Source of the DNA: Eubacteriales bacterium
Lineage (GTDB): Bacteria; Bacillota; Clostridia; Oscillospirales; CAG-272
Length of the DNA: 64,000 bases
NCBI GenBank assembly: GCA_045633405.1
Contig: JAZQYD010000090.1
Location: forward strand, 12,268 to 76,267
Direction: 5' to 3'
In this document: positions 9,459 through 18,952 of the stretch, in pieces
How positions within the stretch are numbered: the first letter of the stretch is position 1
How the letters are laid out: each line of letters opens with the position of its first letter
The notes under the pieces: generated by a model
Seen by the model: the letters and a program-made list of their open reading frames with translations, nothing else
Told to the model about the DNA's origin: nothing
Databases searched by the model: none
Translations under genes and position numbers: made by a program

Positions 9459-11405
9459 ATGTACTCAATAAATAAAATCACGTCAAATCCGACTGTCGAT
9501 TTCGCGGCAGAGGAGCTGAAAAAATATCTTCGCATGATGATGCCGAGGTGCGGCGAAATTACTATTAAATTCGACCCATATGCAAAGGATGGATTCCGCC
9601 TTGGTACGATGCAGGATTTCGGAATAGATACGTCCGAGGCAGACGACGTCACTCTTGACGATATCTTACATATTGATACGGATGATAACGGAGGTATAAT
9701 AGCAGGCTCCAACCCTCGTAGCGTGCTCCTTGCTGTATACCGTTACCTCACCATCAACGGATGCCGCTGGCTCTTCCCAGGCGTGGACGGTGAGTTTATA
9801 CCGATCAAGTCGATTGAGCCCACGAAATATCACAAGATGGCAGATAGCCGTTACCGCGGTCAGTGTAATGAGGGTGCAGAAAACCAGTCACTTATGATCG
9901 AAGCCATAGATTTCACTCCCAAGATCGGAATGAATATCTTTATGCTTGAATTCGATATTCCCTACACTTACTATAACAGATATTATGAGCATACCGGCAA
10001 CGAGGCAAGAGATCCCGAACCTATTACACCCGATACAATACTTCAGTGGAAGCGTCAGTGCGAGGTCGAAATAGCAAAGCGTGGACTACAATTTCACGAC
10101 ATGGGCCACGGATGGACGTCTACTCCCTTTGGTATAAATATTGCTGATGGCTGGGCTAACAGCAACGCACCAACCGTCCCTGAGGAAATGAAGCAGTATA
10201 TTGCTATGATCGACGGTACTCGAGACATATCTTCACGTTCCGGGCTTACCACTAATTTCTGTATGTCTAACCCCGAGGCAAGACGAATCGTTGTTAAAAG
10301 CGTTGCCGATTATGCCGAGGCATCCTCGCATATCGATTATCTTCACGTGTGGCTGGCTGACGGCCAGAATAACCACTGTGAATGTGATGAGTGCAGAAAA
10401 ATGCGCCCCTCCGATTGGTACGTTATACTGATGAATGAGATAGACGAGGAGCTAACTGCACGTAAGCTCGATACGAGAATAGTGCTTATCTGCTACGTTG
10501 ATTCAACGTGGCCCCCTGAGGTTGAGAAAATTAAAAATCCCGACCGTTTTTCACTTCTCGTAGCTGCTATATCCAGGGATTATTCATCATCGCTTGATCC
10601 TGATCTCGATCTTTCGCTCGTTCCCCTTAAGGACTATGTCAGAAACAAAAACGTTCTGCCTAAAACAGTAGGAGAATACATTGCTTACAGCAATATATGG
10701 AAGGAAAGATGCAAGCTTCCTACGTTTGTATACGAGTATCACTTCTGGTGGCCTCAATTCCGTGATCTCGGCGTTCTGAATTTTGCAAGAATCATTCACG
10801 AGGACGTTGTCGGTTACCGTGCTCACGGCTTTGGAGGAATAGTCGAGGACGGCTCTCAGAGAAGCTTCTTCCCTACAAGCCTGCTCTTCCAGGTTTATGC
10901 CGCTTCACTCTTCGATGCATCCCTTTCATTTGACGAAATAAAAGAGGACGTATTCTATCACGAATACGGTGAAGATTGGCACACGGTAGAGGAATTCTTC
11001 CGCGAAATAGGCGACGCCGTCGACTACAAATACACATTCGGTCAGCGTCCCGCCGAGGGAGGTATCAGTCTATGGTATAACCCTGAGGTTATCCCTTCTC
11101 TTGAGCGAGTCAGGAGTATTGTAGAAAAGTACCGCCCGTTTGTCGAGGCTCACAAAAACATGCCCAAGCGTTCTCAAACGGTATCGTATAGAATCCTTAG
11201 AAGATATCTTGACTACTGCGTAGGACTTGTCGACGCTATGATAATCAAAGCAAGCGGTAAGAACAACCTCGCTCTCGAAAAAGCTCTCGCATTCCTTAAG
11301 GAGTTCGGTGTCTATGAGCTGGAAATGGAGCACTCCTTTGACCAGTGCATAAGCTTCCGATCCGTAGAAAGAATGTTTAAGGACGTAAAGGATCCTCTCA
11401 ATTAA
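9459..11405 (+). CDS. DUF4838-like protein, putative cytoplasmic carbohydrate-active enzyme (paralog A)
   Basis: 648 aa with no signal peptide. N-terminal FAAEELKKYLRMM module, YRGQCNEG, internal HCECDECRK Cys cluster. The family assignment is from memory of DUF4838 proteins, not from a search. Confidence 0.55.
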   Translation: MYSINKITSNPTVDFAAEELKKYLRMMMPRCGEITIKFDPYAKDGFRLGTMQDFGIDTSEADDVTLDDILHIDTDDNGGIIAGSNPRSVLLAVYRYLTINGCRWLFPGVDGEFIPIKSIEPTKYHKMADSRYRGQCNEGAENQSLMIEAIDFTPKIGMNIFMLEFDIPYTYYNRYYEHTGNEARDPEPITPDTILQWKRQCEVEIAKRGLQFHDMGHGWTSTPFGINIADGWANSNAPTVPEEMKQYIAMIDGTRDISSRSGLTTNFCMSNPEARRIVVKSVADYAEASSHIDYLHVWLADGQNNHCECDECRKMRPSDWYVILMNEIDEELTARKLDTRIVLICYVDSTWPPEVEKIKNPDRFSLLVAAISRDYSSSLDPDLDLSLVPLKDYVRNKNVLPKTVGEYIAYSNIWKERCKLPTFVYEYHFWWPQFRDLGVLNFARIIHEDVVGYRAHGFGGIVEDGSQRSFFPTSLLFQVYAASLFDASLSFDEIKEDVFYHEYGEDWHTVEEFFREIGDAVDYKYTFGQRPAEGGISLWYNPEVIPSLERVRSIVEKYRPFVEAHKNMPKRSQTVSYRILRRYLDYCVGLVDAMIIKASGKNNLALEKALAFLKEFGVYELEMEHSFDQCISFRSVERMFKDVKDPLN

Positions 11406-11408
11406 AGC

Positions 11409-11436
11409 AAAGCGGTTCTCTTTGAGAGCCGCTTTA
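11409..11436 (+). terminator. Terminator-like hairpin between the two paralogs
   Basis: AAAGCGGTTCTC / GAGAGCCGCTTT stem with a 3-nt loop and a weak T-tract (TTTATAAT). Confidence 0.4.
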
Positions 11437-11479
11437 TAATGTAATTGCATTATTTTAAATATATAGGTACATTAACATC

Positions 11480-11508
11480 TTGACTAATCCTTCAATTTAT
11501 GGTATCAT
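11480..11508 (+). promoter_or_regulatory. Candidate sigma-A promoter for DUF4838-like paralog B
   Basis: TTGACT, 17-nt spacer, TATCAT, 27 nt upstream of ATG 11536. Confidence 0.45.
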
Positions 11509-11535
11509 ATAGAAAAACAAAAAAGGCGGTTGATT

Positions 11536-13482
11536 ATGTATAAAATATATAAGATAACTTCAAACAACACAGTTGACTTCGCGGCTGAAGAGCTCAAGAA
11601 ATATCTCCGTATGATGATGCCGAGATGCGGCGAAATCTCTATCAGCTACAACCCCACCGCTACCGATGGATTCAGACTCGGTCTGATGCAGGATTTTGGT
11701 CTTGACACATCTGAAGCGGATGACGTCACCCTTGATGATATTATTCATGTCGATACTGACGAAAATGGCGGAATAATTGCGGGAAGCAACTATCGAAGCG
11801 TCCTTCTTGCGGTATACAGATATCTTACAATCAACGGATGCCGTTGGCTCTTCCCCGGTGTTGACGGTGAATTTATTCCTATGAAGAATATCGAGCCCAC
11901 CAAGTATCATAAGATGGCAGATTGCAGATACCGCGGACAGTGTAATGAGGGCTCTGAGAATCAGGCCCTTATGCTCGAGGAGATAGATTTCACACCGAAA
12001 ATCGGTATGAACATCTTCATGATAGAGTTCGATATACCTAAGATCTACTATGATAGATACTACAACCACCCCTTCAATTCCGAATACCGTGAGCCTGAAC
12101 CCATCAATGCTGATATCATTCTTCAGTGGAAGAGGCAGTGTGAGGCCGAGCTTTCAAAGCGTGGACTTCAGTTCCACGATATGGGACACGGATGGACAGC
12201 CGAGCCCTTCGGGATCGATACGACAGACGGTTGGGTAGCCGGAGACGGCAAAATTCCTCCCGAGTCGAAGGATTTCGTAGCTATGATGAACGGCGAGCGT
12301 AAGCTCTATCTCAACACAGGTCTCGACACAAACTTCTGCATGTCGAATCCTGAGGCACGTAAAAAGGTAGTTACGTCTGTTTGCGACTATGCAGAGCTCT
12401 CCACTAACGTTGACTATCTTCACGTTTGGCTCGCTGATGGATCAAACAACCACTGCGAATGCCCCGAATGTCAGAAGAAGCTCCCCTCCGACTTCTACGT
12501 TATGCTTATGAACGAGATTGACGAGGAGCTTACCAAGCGAGCTCTTGCAACAAGGATAGTATTTATCTGCTACGTTGATACTACATGGCCGCCCGAGGAA
12601 ATATTCATTAAGAATCCCGATAGATTCTCCTTGCTCGTTGCTGCTATTTCACGTGACTACTCGAAGCGTGTTGACACAAGCATAGACTTTGATGCAATCG
12701 AGCTTCGTCCGTTCAACAGAAACCATAACGTTCTTCCCAAGACCGTTAACGAGTATATCAAATACGGTAATCTCTGGCGTGAGAGAAACCGTGTTCCCTC
12801 CTTCGTTTATGAGTACCACTTCTGGTGGCCTCAGTTCCACGATTTCGGTCTTTTCGATTTTGCTAAGCTTATCAATAACGATATTGTGGGCTATTTTTCC
12901 AACGGATTCCGCGGTATTGTCGAGGACGGATCTCAGCGTTCATTCTTCCCTAACGGCTTATGCTTCCACACCTATGCCGCAACACTGTTCGACACTAAGG
13001 TAGATTTCGAGGCTATAAAGGAAGATATATTCAGTCACGCATACGGCGATGATTGGAGAACCGTTGCAGAGATGTTCCGTGAGCTTGGTGAGGCGGTAGA
13101 TTACCGCTACCTTATGGGATCTCTTACACAAGAGGGGGGAAACAGCAAGTATTATAACCCCTCCCTCGTTCCCGCTTTCAGCCGTGTTGCAGGAATTATT
13201 GAGAAATACCGCTCGTTCGTAAGTGAGCACAAAAATATGCCCTATCGAGTACAGACTGTATCCTACCGTGTGCTTGATAAATACATGTCTCTTGTTACCG
13301 ATCTTGCAGAGCTTCTGATCGTTAAGGCTGAAGGAAAGGACCAGGAGGCACTCGATAGATTTACCAAGAAGATGAGAGAATTCGGTAAGTACGAATTAGA
13401 GATGGAGCGTGTTTACGACCATCATCTTTGTTACAGATCCTGGCACAGACTCTTCGGTGATTTTGACAATCCCACCGTTTAA
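11536..13482 (+). CDS. DUF4838-like protein (paralog B)
   Basis: Collinear with paralog A over the full length, including HCECPECQK. Start set at ATG 11536 (MYKIYKITSNNTV), which aligns with MYSINKITSNPTV of paralog A. Confidence 0.55.
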   Translation: MYKIYKITSNNTVDFAAEELKKYLRMMMPRCGEISISYNPTATDGFRLGLMQDFGLDTSEADDVTLDDIIHVDTDENGGIIAGSNYRSVLLAVYRYLTINGCRWLFPGVDGEFIPMKNIEPTKYHKMADCRYRGQCNEGSENQALMLEEIDFTPKIGMNIFMIEFDIPKIYYDRYYNHPFNSEYREPEPINADIILQWKRQCEAELSKRGLQFHDMGHGWTAEPFGIDTTDGWVAGDGKIPPESKDFVAMMNGERKLYLNTGLDTNFCMSNPEARKKVVTSVCDYAELSTNVDYLHVWLADGSNNHCECPECQKKLPSDFYVMLMNEIDEELTKRALATRIVFICYVDTTWPPEEIFIKNPDRFSLLVAAISRDYSKRVDTSIDFDAIELRPFNRNHNVLPKTVNEYIKYGNLWRERNRVPSFVYEYHFWWPQFHDFGLFDFAKLINNDIVGYFSNGFRGIVEDGSQRSFFPNGLCFHTYAATLFDTKVDFEAIKEDIFSHAYGDDWRTVAEMFRELGEAVDYRYLMGSLTQEGGNSKYYNPSLVPAFSRVAGIIEKYRSFVSEHKNMPYRVQTVSYRVLDKYMSLVTDLAELLIVKAEGKDQEALDRFTKKMREFGKYELEMERVYDHHLCYRSWHRLFGDFDNPTV

Positions 13483-13485
13483 TAT

Positions 13486-13516
13486 AAAAAGGTGAAGATT
13501 TTTCTTCACCTTTTTT
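13486..13516. terminator. Bidirectional terminator between paralog B and spoVT
   Basis: AAAAA-GGTGAAGA-TTTT-TCTTCACC-TTTTTT; A-run and T-run flank a perfect 8-bp stem. Confidence 0.75.
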
Positions 13517-13525
13517 ATTTGCTTT

Positions 13526-14080
13526 TTACCCTTCCATTTGCTTACCCAAGAATAGGCCTGCTGTTTGAATAAGCTTGGACTCAGTCTCTTCGGATATTCT
13601 TGTGCTTTGCGGTGCATCATACTGCAAGGCTGACATAACGCATCCTACAACGTCCCCTTCGGAAAGAATAGGCATAGCACAGTTGACGTAATGCGATCCG
13701 CCATCGCTTGTTATCGCAATAGTCTCCGAAGTATTTCCACGGACATATAACGATCTTTTTTCTACAATTTCCTCAAGTGCGGGAGATATCTTCCTATCAA
13801 GATATTCCTTTTTCGATGCACCGGAAACCGCTATAACCTCATCTCTGTCACAGATAAAGATCGGCATAGAAGATGTCTTCTGCAGGGTATCTGCATACTC
13901 GCTTGCAAAGCTCTGCAATTCACCGATAGGCGAATACTTCTTGAAAATTACCTCTCCTTCTCTGTCTGTATAAATTTCGAGGGGGTCTCCCTCACGAATT
14001 CTCATTGTACGGCGTATTTCTTTGGGTATAACAACACGACCGAGGTCGTCTATTCTTCTCACAATTCCTGTGGCTTTCAT
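13526..14080 (-). CDS. spoVT: Stage V sporulation protein T (AbrB-family regulator)
   Basis: AbrB/SpoVT swapped-hairpin N-terminus MKATGIVRRIDDLGRVVIPKEIRRTMRIREGDPLEIY plus a GAF-like C-domain, 184 aa. Confidence 0.85.
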   Translation of the reverse strand: MKATGIVRRIDDLGRVVIPKEIRRTMRIREGDPLEIYTDREGEVIFKKYSPIGELQSFASEYADTLQKTSSMPIFICDRDEVIAVSGASKKEYLDRKISPALEEIVEKRSLYVRGNTSETIAITSDGGSHYVNCAMPILSEGDVVGCVMSALQYDAPQSTRISEETESKLIQTAGLFLGKQMEG

Positions 14081-14117
14081 ATATATAATCTCCTTCTTTT
14101 ATAAAAGAATGTACTTC

Positions 14118-14146
14118 TATTATCTGTAAAGCAAGGGGATTTATAC
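14118..14146 (-). promoter_or_regulatory. Candidate forespore-type (sigma-G/F-like) promoter of spoVT
   Basis: Minus strand reads GTATA, 17-nt spacer, GATAATA. This resembles the GHATR...CATxxTA forespore consensus, and spoVT is sigma-G dependent in B. subtilis. Confidence 0.3.
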
Positions 14147-14171
14147 TTAAGTTTTTCTTTTTCACATAAGG

Positions 14172-14215
14172 TAAAAACAACAAAAGACCCAATAGATTTC
14201 TCTACCGAGTCTTTT
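14172..14215 (-). terminator. Terminator after the phosphatase gene
   Basis: Minus strand has an AAAAGAC...GTCTTTT stem followed by GTTGTTTTT. Confidence 0.4.
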
Positions 14216-14924
14216 ATATAACAGTCGCAGACTGTGATTTATACGGAGAAAATTTCTCCCACAAGCTATCTGAACGATTTTTTATTTCATTTATGTAGCT
14301 TTTTATTCGTTTCGGTGCTTTCTTAAAGCACTTATACGCATTCTTATCCCTGCCGTGTATATCACTTCCTAAGGCAGATATATATCCACACTCAAGCCAA
14401 CCGGGAATCCTCTTATCCACTGCAAGCGAGGTTGCATTTATCTGAAGCGTAGCTCCGTAGTCAAGGCATTCATCTATAAGAACGGTGGAGTATCTCTCTG
14501 CATGGGCGATGATGATTTCAATTCCCTTGTCAATCAAAGCACCAACGGAAGATAACTCATTAATGTCAAAGGCTGCGAAAGGAAGCTCAAGCAGCATAAC
14601 GTTTGAATCAAAAATACAAAGCTTCTCGACGTCGGGAATATTTTCCAAATTACCGCAGAAAAGAACCTCTGCACCAATTCTCAGCTCAATAGACTCAGGT
14701 ATATGCGGCAGAAGGCTCGCATATGACGCATCTCTTTTAGCCAAAAAAGATGAGACACTATCCTTATGAGGATAAAAGTGCGGAGTCGCAACTATTCTGC
14801 TAACTCCGCACTCTTCAGCTAACTTCAATTGACAGACCGAGGTCTCAATTGAAGAGGATCCGTGATCAGCTGTCGGGAGTAAATGCGTATGAAAATCGCA
14901 AATATTAATCTCCGTCTTCTTCAT
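14214..14924 (-). CDS. PHP-family protein-tyrosine phosphatase (CpsB/YwqE type)
   Basis: ICDFHTHLLP...DHG N-terminal metal motif, ATPHFYPH, AHAERY. Start set at ATG 14924 (MKKTEINICDFH). Confidence 0.8.
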   Translation of the reverse strand: MKKTEINICDFHTHLLPTADHGSSSIETSVCQLKLAEECGVSRIVATPHFYPHKDSVSSFLAKRDASYASLLPHIPESIELRIGAEVLFCGNLENIPDVEKLCIFDSNVMLLELPFAAFDINELSSVGALIDKGIEIIIAHAERYSTVLIDECLDYGATLQINATSLAVDKRIPGWLECGYISALGSDIHGRDKNAYKCFKKAPKRIKSYINEIKNRSDSLWEKFSPYKSQSATVI

Positions 14925-15696
14925 CTTGATCAGTAGTAGTAGTATAATTTGAATACTTATAGTTGTAATTGTACTTATAGAAGCCGTTGCCACGCTTAGC
15001 GGCGGACTTCATGTTATATGCACTGAGAACAAAGCCGAAGAGCTTACTCTCGGATGCTTCAATACGCTTAATAGCCTCAGTAACTGCATTGTAATCGGAG
15101 AATTCCGACTTAACAGCCATAATATAACCGTGAACATAATCGCTGAGCATAAGAGTATCGGAAACAAGATTTACAGGAGGAGTATCGAAGATTATATAAT
15201 CAAACTTCTCCTCAAGCTCCGAAACAAATTTCTTCATCTTAACAGCAGACAAGAGTGCGGGGCTGTTAGCATTTATCGCACCCGATGAAACGAACTTCAA
15301 GTTCTCGTATTTTGTATCGAGCAAGTTGATCTCATCATCAATGCCCGCAAGATACTCGGAAAGACCCGAAATCTTCCTCGAGCGGAATCCCATAAGCTTC
15401 GCTACCCTGGGCTTTCTCATATCAGCATCTACGATTACAACACGTGACTCGGAGGAGTTTGAAGCGATCGTATAGGCAAGATTAATAGACACGGTAGTCT
15501 TTCCCTCACCGGGAACAGCACTGAAAATCGCAAGCTTCTTCGTCTTACCTTCAATCGGGAGATAAAGAATGTTTGTATAGAGTGCTCTATATGCCTCGGT
15601 TATTGCAAAGGGGGTATCTTCAGATAAAATACGCTTTCTATCAAGCTCAGTATTGCTATGTGCAAGTGCTTTTCTTTTTCTTGACTTGAAAATCAT
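14905..15696 (-). CDS. CpsD/CapB-type bacterial tyrosine kinase (BY-kinase catalytic subunit)
   Basis: Walker A SAVPGEGKTTVS, Walker A' VVIVDADMR, Walker B IIFDTPP, C-terminal Tyr cluster FYKYNYNYKYSNY. Confidence 0.85.
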   Translation of the reverse strand: MIFKSRKRKALAHSNTELDRKRILSEDTPFAITEAYRALYTNILYLPIEGKTKKLAIFSAVPGEGKTTVSINLAYTIASNSSESRVVIVDADMRKPRVAKLMGFRSRKISGLSEYLAGIDDEINLLDTKYENLKFVSSGAINANSPALLSAVKMKKFVSELEEKFDYIIFDTPPVNLVSDTLMLSDYVHGYIMAVKSEFSDYNAVTEAIKRIEASESKLFGFVLSAYNMKSAAKRGNGFYKYNYNYKYSNYTTTTDQDEEDGD

Positions 15697-16412
15697 TTGC
15701 CGACTTCCTCCCCAACATCATATTTAGGAATAAGTCCTATAACAGGAATATCAAAGGTATCCTCAAGCTTCTTCTTATCTCTTATCACGATATCAAACGA
15801 GGATGCGATAAAGATGACAAGCATGGAGACGATCATACCTCCAAAAAATCCTATAAGCGAATTACGAACAACGTGCTTGTTGTTAGCAGAGCCTGTTGTA
15901 GGTGCATTTAGATCCTTAACTGTTAAAGATTTTCCGAATGCAAAAAGATCATAAGATTTATTTCTTATTATGTTAGACACTGCGGTTGCGATTATTTTTG
16001 ATTTAATCGCATCATCGGTTGTAACTGAAATCTGAAGAATATCATCAGTCACAGCCTTGATATCCAAATGAGAGGTAATATATCCTCTCGTAACGCCCCA
16101 CTCTTCCTTATAATCCGAGTTGGCAGTAACCTCATCGAGTACAAAGTCAAGGAAAATATCAGTATATATTAATACCTTGTAGTCCTCGATAACCTTAGAT
16201 ACAAAGTCAAAATCACCCGTGCCCATCTGTGTAGAGCTGAGCTTTATAACGTGGAACTGAGCAGAAGAGGTGTAAGTATCTTTCTTGATAAAGGCTGAAT
16301 ATCCGCCAAATGCAAGGCTAACCAAAAGAGAAAAAATGCATATTACCCATATAAAAGGTCTGAAAAGCATTAAGAGATCTTTAATATTAAATTCTTCGTT
16401 GCGTTTTCTCAT
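15693..16412 (-). CDS. Wzz/CpsC-type transmembrane modulator of the BY-kinase
   Basis: N- and C-terminal TM helices flank an extracellular domain. 4-nt overlap with the kinase gene; canonical CpsC-CpsD-CpsB order. Confidence 0.7.
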   Translation of the reverse strand: MRKRNEEFNIKDLLMLFRPFIWVICIFSLLVSLAFGGYSAFIKKDTYTSSAQFHVIKLSSTQMGTGDFDFVSKVIEDYKVLIYTDIFLDFVLDEVTANSDYKEEWGVTRGYITSHLDIKAVTDDILQISVTTDDAIKSKIIATAVSNIIRNKSYDLFAFGKSLTVKDLNAPTTGSANNKHVVRNSLIGFFGGMIVSMLVIFIASSFDIVIRDKKKLEDTFDIPVIGLIPKYDVGEEVGK

Positions 16413-16530
16413 ATTTAAAACTCCGTCTGATTTTGAAACAATAGATGTCTTTGTGCGGCATTAGAGTCTCATCGGATAGATCCGAATTCACTGTGAAGCC
16501 GCACTTTAAAACAGCAATTGAATTTAGAAA

Positions 16531-17748
16531 TTACTTGGTAGGAGCAACAGACTGAACGTTCTGCTTCTCACCGTTTTCGAAGGCATCCTTGTTCCAAGCG
16601 AACTCCTCGCAGAAATAAGCCTTAAAGATATCGCCTGTGTAATAAAGATTGATTCTGTAAACACCGTCACCCTCGGTAACACGTGTTACAGTCTTGGTAG
16701 TCTCATCGTAGTTGTAGGTTGTGCCGCGAGAACCGTACTGAAGAAGATTTCTGAAGGTCGCATCAGCATTAAGAGCATAGATAACCTCCATACATCTGTC
16801 GTAATGAGCCTCGAATACTTCCCTGTTCTCCTTGGATATCTTATCATCCTTAAGTCTATCCATCTCGTACATGTAGCGGGTGTCAAGCTCGTGTCTGATA
16901 ATACCGAAGGCACTCATGAATGCCTCATCAGCAGTTGCTACGGGATAAGAAACGATATTAACTGTATATCCTGCAGCCTCATACATAGCCTTATCAGCGT
17001 AGGTTCCGCCGACAAGCTTAACGTAATCACCGGCTACAAGACCGTCGGACTCAATACGTGCACAAAGGTCAGCAGCAGACTCAAGAGAGTCCATAGCAGC
17101 AAGCTTATCCTCGCTGAAGAGGTAATGCTCAGCAATGGCAGTATTGATAAGAAGGTACTGATACTCGCCTACAACGTGGTTGTTGGGAACGGTGTAAAGA
17201 CGAATGCTGTCAAACTCAGTGCCGATGGTGTCAACAGATCTTACACTAACCTTAGATGCCTGGATAAGAGAATCCGCAATCTGAGTGTTAAGAAGACCGT
17301 ACTTTCTGGTCGAATAATAGCTAGTAAGATCAGCAAGTCTATTATTATCCATAAGATCGTCAAACATCGCCTTACCTACGATAAGAACGATATCTGCTCT
17401 GTCAGCTCCTGTAAGCTCTGCGTCATTGGCAACCTTCGCAGCATACTCGGAAGCTGTAAGATAATGGATGTCGAGTGTTGTCTTAAGCTCGGCAGAATCC
17501 TTATCAAGCTTAATGGTAGGAAGATAAGCGTTAATATCACGCTCAACCGTAGCCATTGCACTCTCGGTCGTGCCATCCTCGAAAATTATGTAGAAATCAA
17601 GCTCGACCTCTTCTCTTTTCGATTTGAGGTTGAGATTATCATAATCCTTACGGTCCTCCTTGAACTGATCAAGGGTGCTCTTAGCACATCCGGTAAAAAC
17701 TAAACAAGTCATCACAAGACACATAAGAAGCGAAATAATTCTCTTCAT
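16531..17748 (-). CDS. Lipoprotein, distantly solute-binding-protein-like, function unknown
   Basis: Signal peptide with lipobox MKRIISLLMCLVMTCLVFTGC; 405 aa. The SBP-like impression (ADIVLIVGKAMFDDLMDNNRLADLTSYY) is weak. Confidence 0.6.
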   Translation of the reverse strand: MKRIISLLMCLVMTCLVFTGCAKSTLDQFKEDRKDYDNLNLKSKREEVELDFYIIFEDGTTESAMATVERDINAYLPTIKLDKDSAELKTTLDIHYLTASEYAAKVANDAELTGADRADIVLIVGKAMFDDLMDNNRLADLTSYYSTRKYGLLNTQIADSLIQASKVSVRSVDTIGTEFDSIRLYTVPNNHVVGEYQYLLINTAIAEHYLFSEDKLAAMDSLESAADLCARIESDGLVAGDYVKLVGGTYADKAMYEAAGYTVNIVSYPVATADEAFMSAFGIIRHELDTRYMYEMDRLKDDKISKENREVFEAHYDRCMEVIYALNADATFRNLLQYGSRGTTYNYDETTKTVTRVTEGDGVYRINLYYTGDIFKAYFCEEFAWNKDAFENGEKQNVQSVAPTK

Positions 17749-17787
17749 GAACTAAAAATCCTCCAATAGGTATAGACTTACCTTATT

Positions 17788-17816
17788 ATTTTACTATAAA
17801 TAAATTTAAAAGTCAA
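17788..17816 (-). promoter_or_regulatory. Candidate sigma-A promoter of the lipoprotein gene
   Basis: Minus strand reads TTGACT, 17-nt spacer, TAAAAT. Confidence 0.45.
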
Positions 17817-17863
17817 TAGTTTTCTATTATTTAAATGTAAATATAATAAGGGCAAACGGTTAA

Positions 17864-18931
17864 TCAGTTAGCAAGATAATCCTTAAGCGTTTTGGATCTC
17901 GAGGGGTGTCTCAGCTTACGAAGAGCCTTAGCCTCGATCTGTCTGATACGCTCTCTTGTTATCTTAAACTTTTTACCAACCTCCTCGAGCGTCCTGGGTC
18001 TTCCGTCAATAAGACCGAATCTGAGCTCGATGACCTCCTCCTCACGGTCGGTGAGAGTGTGAAGGATGTTACGAAGCTGCTCACGAAGAAGAGAGTAAGA
18101 CGCACTGTCGGAGGGAGCAGGAGAATCAACGTCCTCAACGAAATCGCCAAGGTGGCTATCCTCTTCTTCGCCTATGGGAGTCTCAAGAGAAACAGGGTCC
18201 TGAGCTATCTTCATAATTTCCCTGACCTTCTCTGCGGTCATGTTGAGGCTGGCTGCGATCTCCTCGGTGGTGGGCTCACGACCAAACTCCTGAAGAAGCT
18301 GACGGCTTGTCCTCGACACCTTGTGTATAGTCTCAACCATATGAACGGGTATACGAATTGTACGTGCCTGATCCGCAATAGCTCTGGTAATAGCCTGTCT
18401 TATCCACCACGTAGCGTAAGTAGAGAATTTGAATCCCTTACCGTAATCGAACTTCTCAACAGCCTTAATAAGTCCAAGATTACCCTCCTGAATAAGATCA
18501 AGGAAGTACATTCCCTTACCAACGTGTCTTTTAGCGATACTTACAACAAGACGAAGGTTAGCCTCGATGAGCTCATCCTTAGCAGCCTTGTCACCCAGGG
18601 TTATCTGCTCTGCAAGATAGGTCTCACGCTCGGGGCTGAGAAGAGGAATTTTACCTATTTCCTTGAGGTACATGCGGACGGGGTCATCAATTGCGAGGCC
18701 CTCCTGCATAAAGAGCTTGTCCATGCTCTCGTTGGGATCGAAGGCCTTGGCATCCTGCTCGAGCTCCTTAAAGTCCTCGGATTCGAGATCCTCGGGAGAT
18801 GCATCCTCCATATCAACCTGAGAAATATCGTACTCGATATCCTCAAGTGCCTTCATGATGTCGGAGTTGGCAATGCTGCTGTCCCCTTTGGAATCAATAA
18901 ATTCATTAACGTCAATCTTGTCTCTGCTCAT
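17864..18931 (-). CDS. rpoD: Primary RNA polymerase sigma factor (SigA/RpoD)
   Basis: Regions 1.2-4.2 are recognisable ([59 protein letters not shown]). Strong RBS AGGAGG; dnaG-rpoD order. Confidence 0.95.
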   Translation of the reverse strand: MSRDKIDVNEFIDSKGDSSIANSDIMKALEDIEYDISQVDMEDASPEDLESEDFKELEQDAKAFDPNESMDKLFMQEGLAIDDPVRMYLKEIGKIPLLSPERETYLAEQITLGDKAAKDELIEANLRLVVSIAKRHVGKGMYFLDLIQEGNLGLIKAVEKFDYGKGFKFSTYATWWIRQAITRAIADQARTIRIPVHMVETIHKVSRTSRQLLQEFGREPTTEEIAASLNMTAEKVREIMKIAQDPVSLETPIGEEEDSHLGDFVEDVDSPAPSDSASYSLLREQLRNILHTLTDREEEVIELRFGLIDGRPRTLEEVGKKFKITRERIRQIEAKALRKLRHPSRSKTLKDYLAN

Positions 18932-18952
18932 TTTATATTCCTCCTATGTGTG

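Larger units (their letters stand above)
9459..13482 (+). repeat. Tandem gene duplication (two roughly 1.95-kb paralogous units)
   Basis: The protein alignment by eye is collinear. The N-terminal 170 aa or so are almost identical and the C-terminal halves are more diverged. Confidence 0.85.

Noticed and set aside
16454-16505. Hairpin GTGCGGC...GCCGCAC between the lipoprotein and Wzz genes, considered as a terminator or riboswitch.
   Set aside because: It has a 38-nt loop, no following T-run and no similarity to any riboswitch core I know. It may be an mRNA-processing or stability element, but there is too little evidence to call it.
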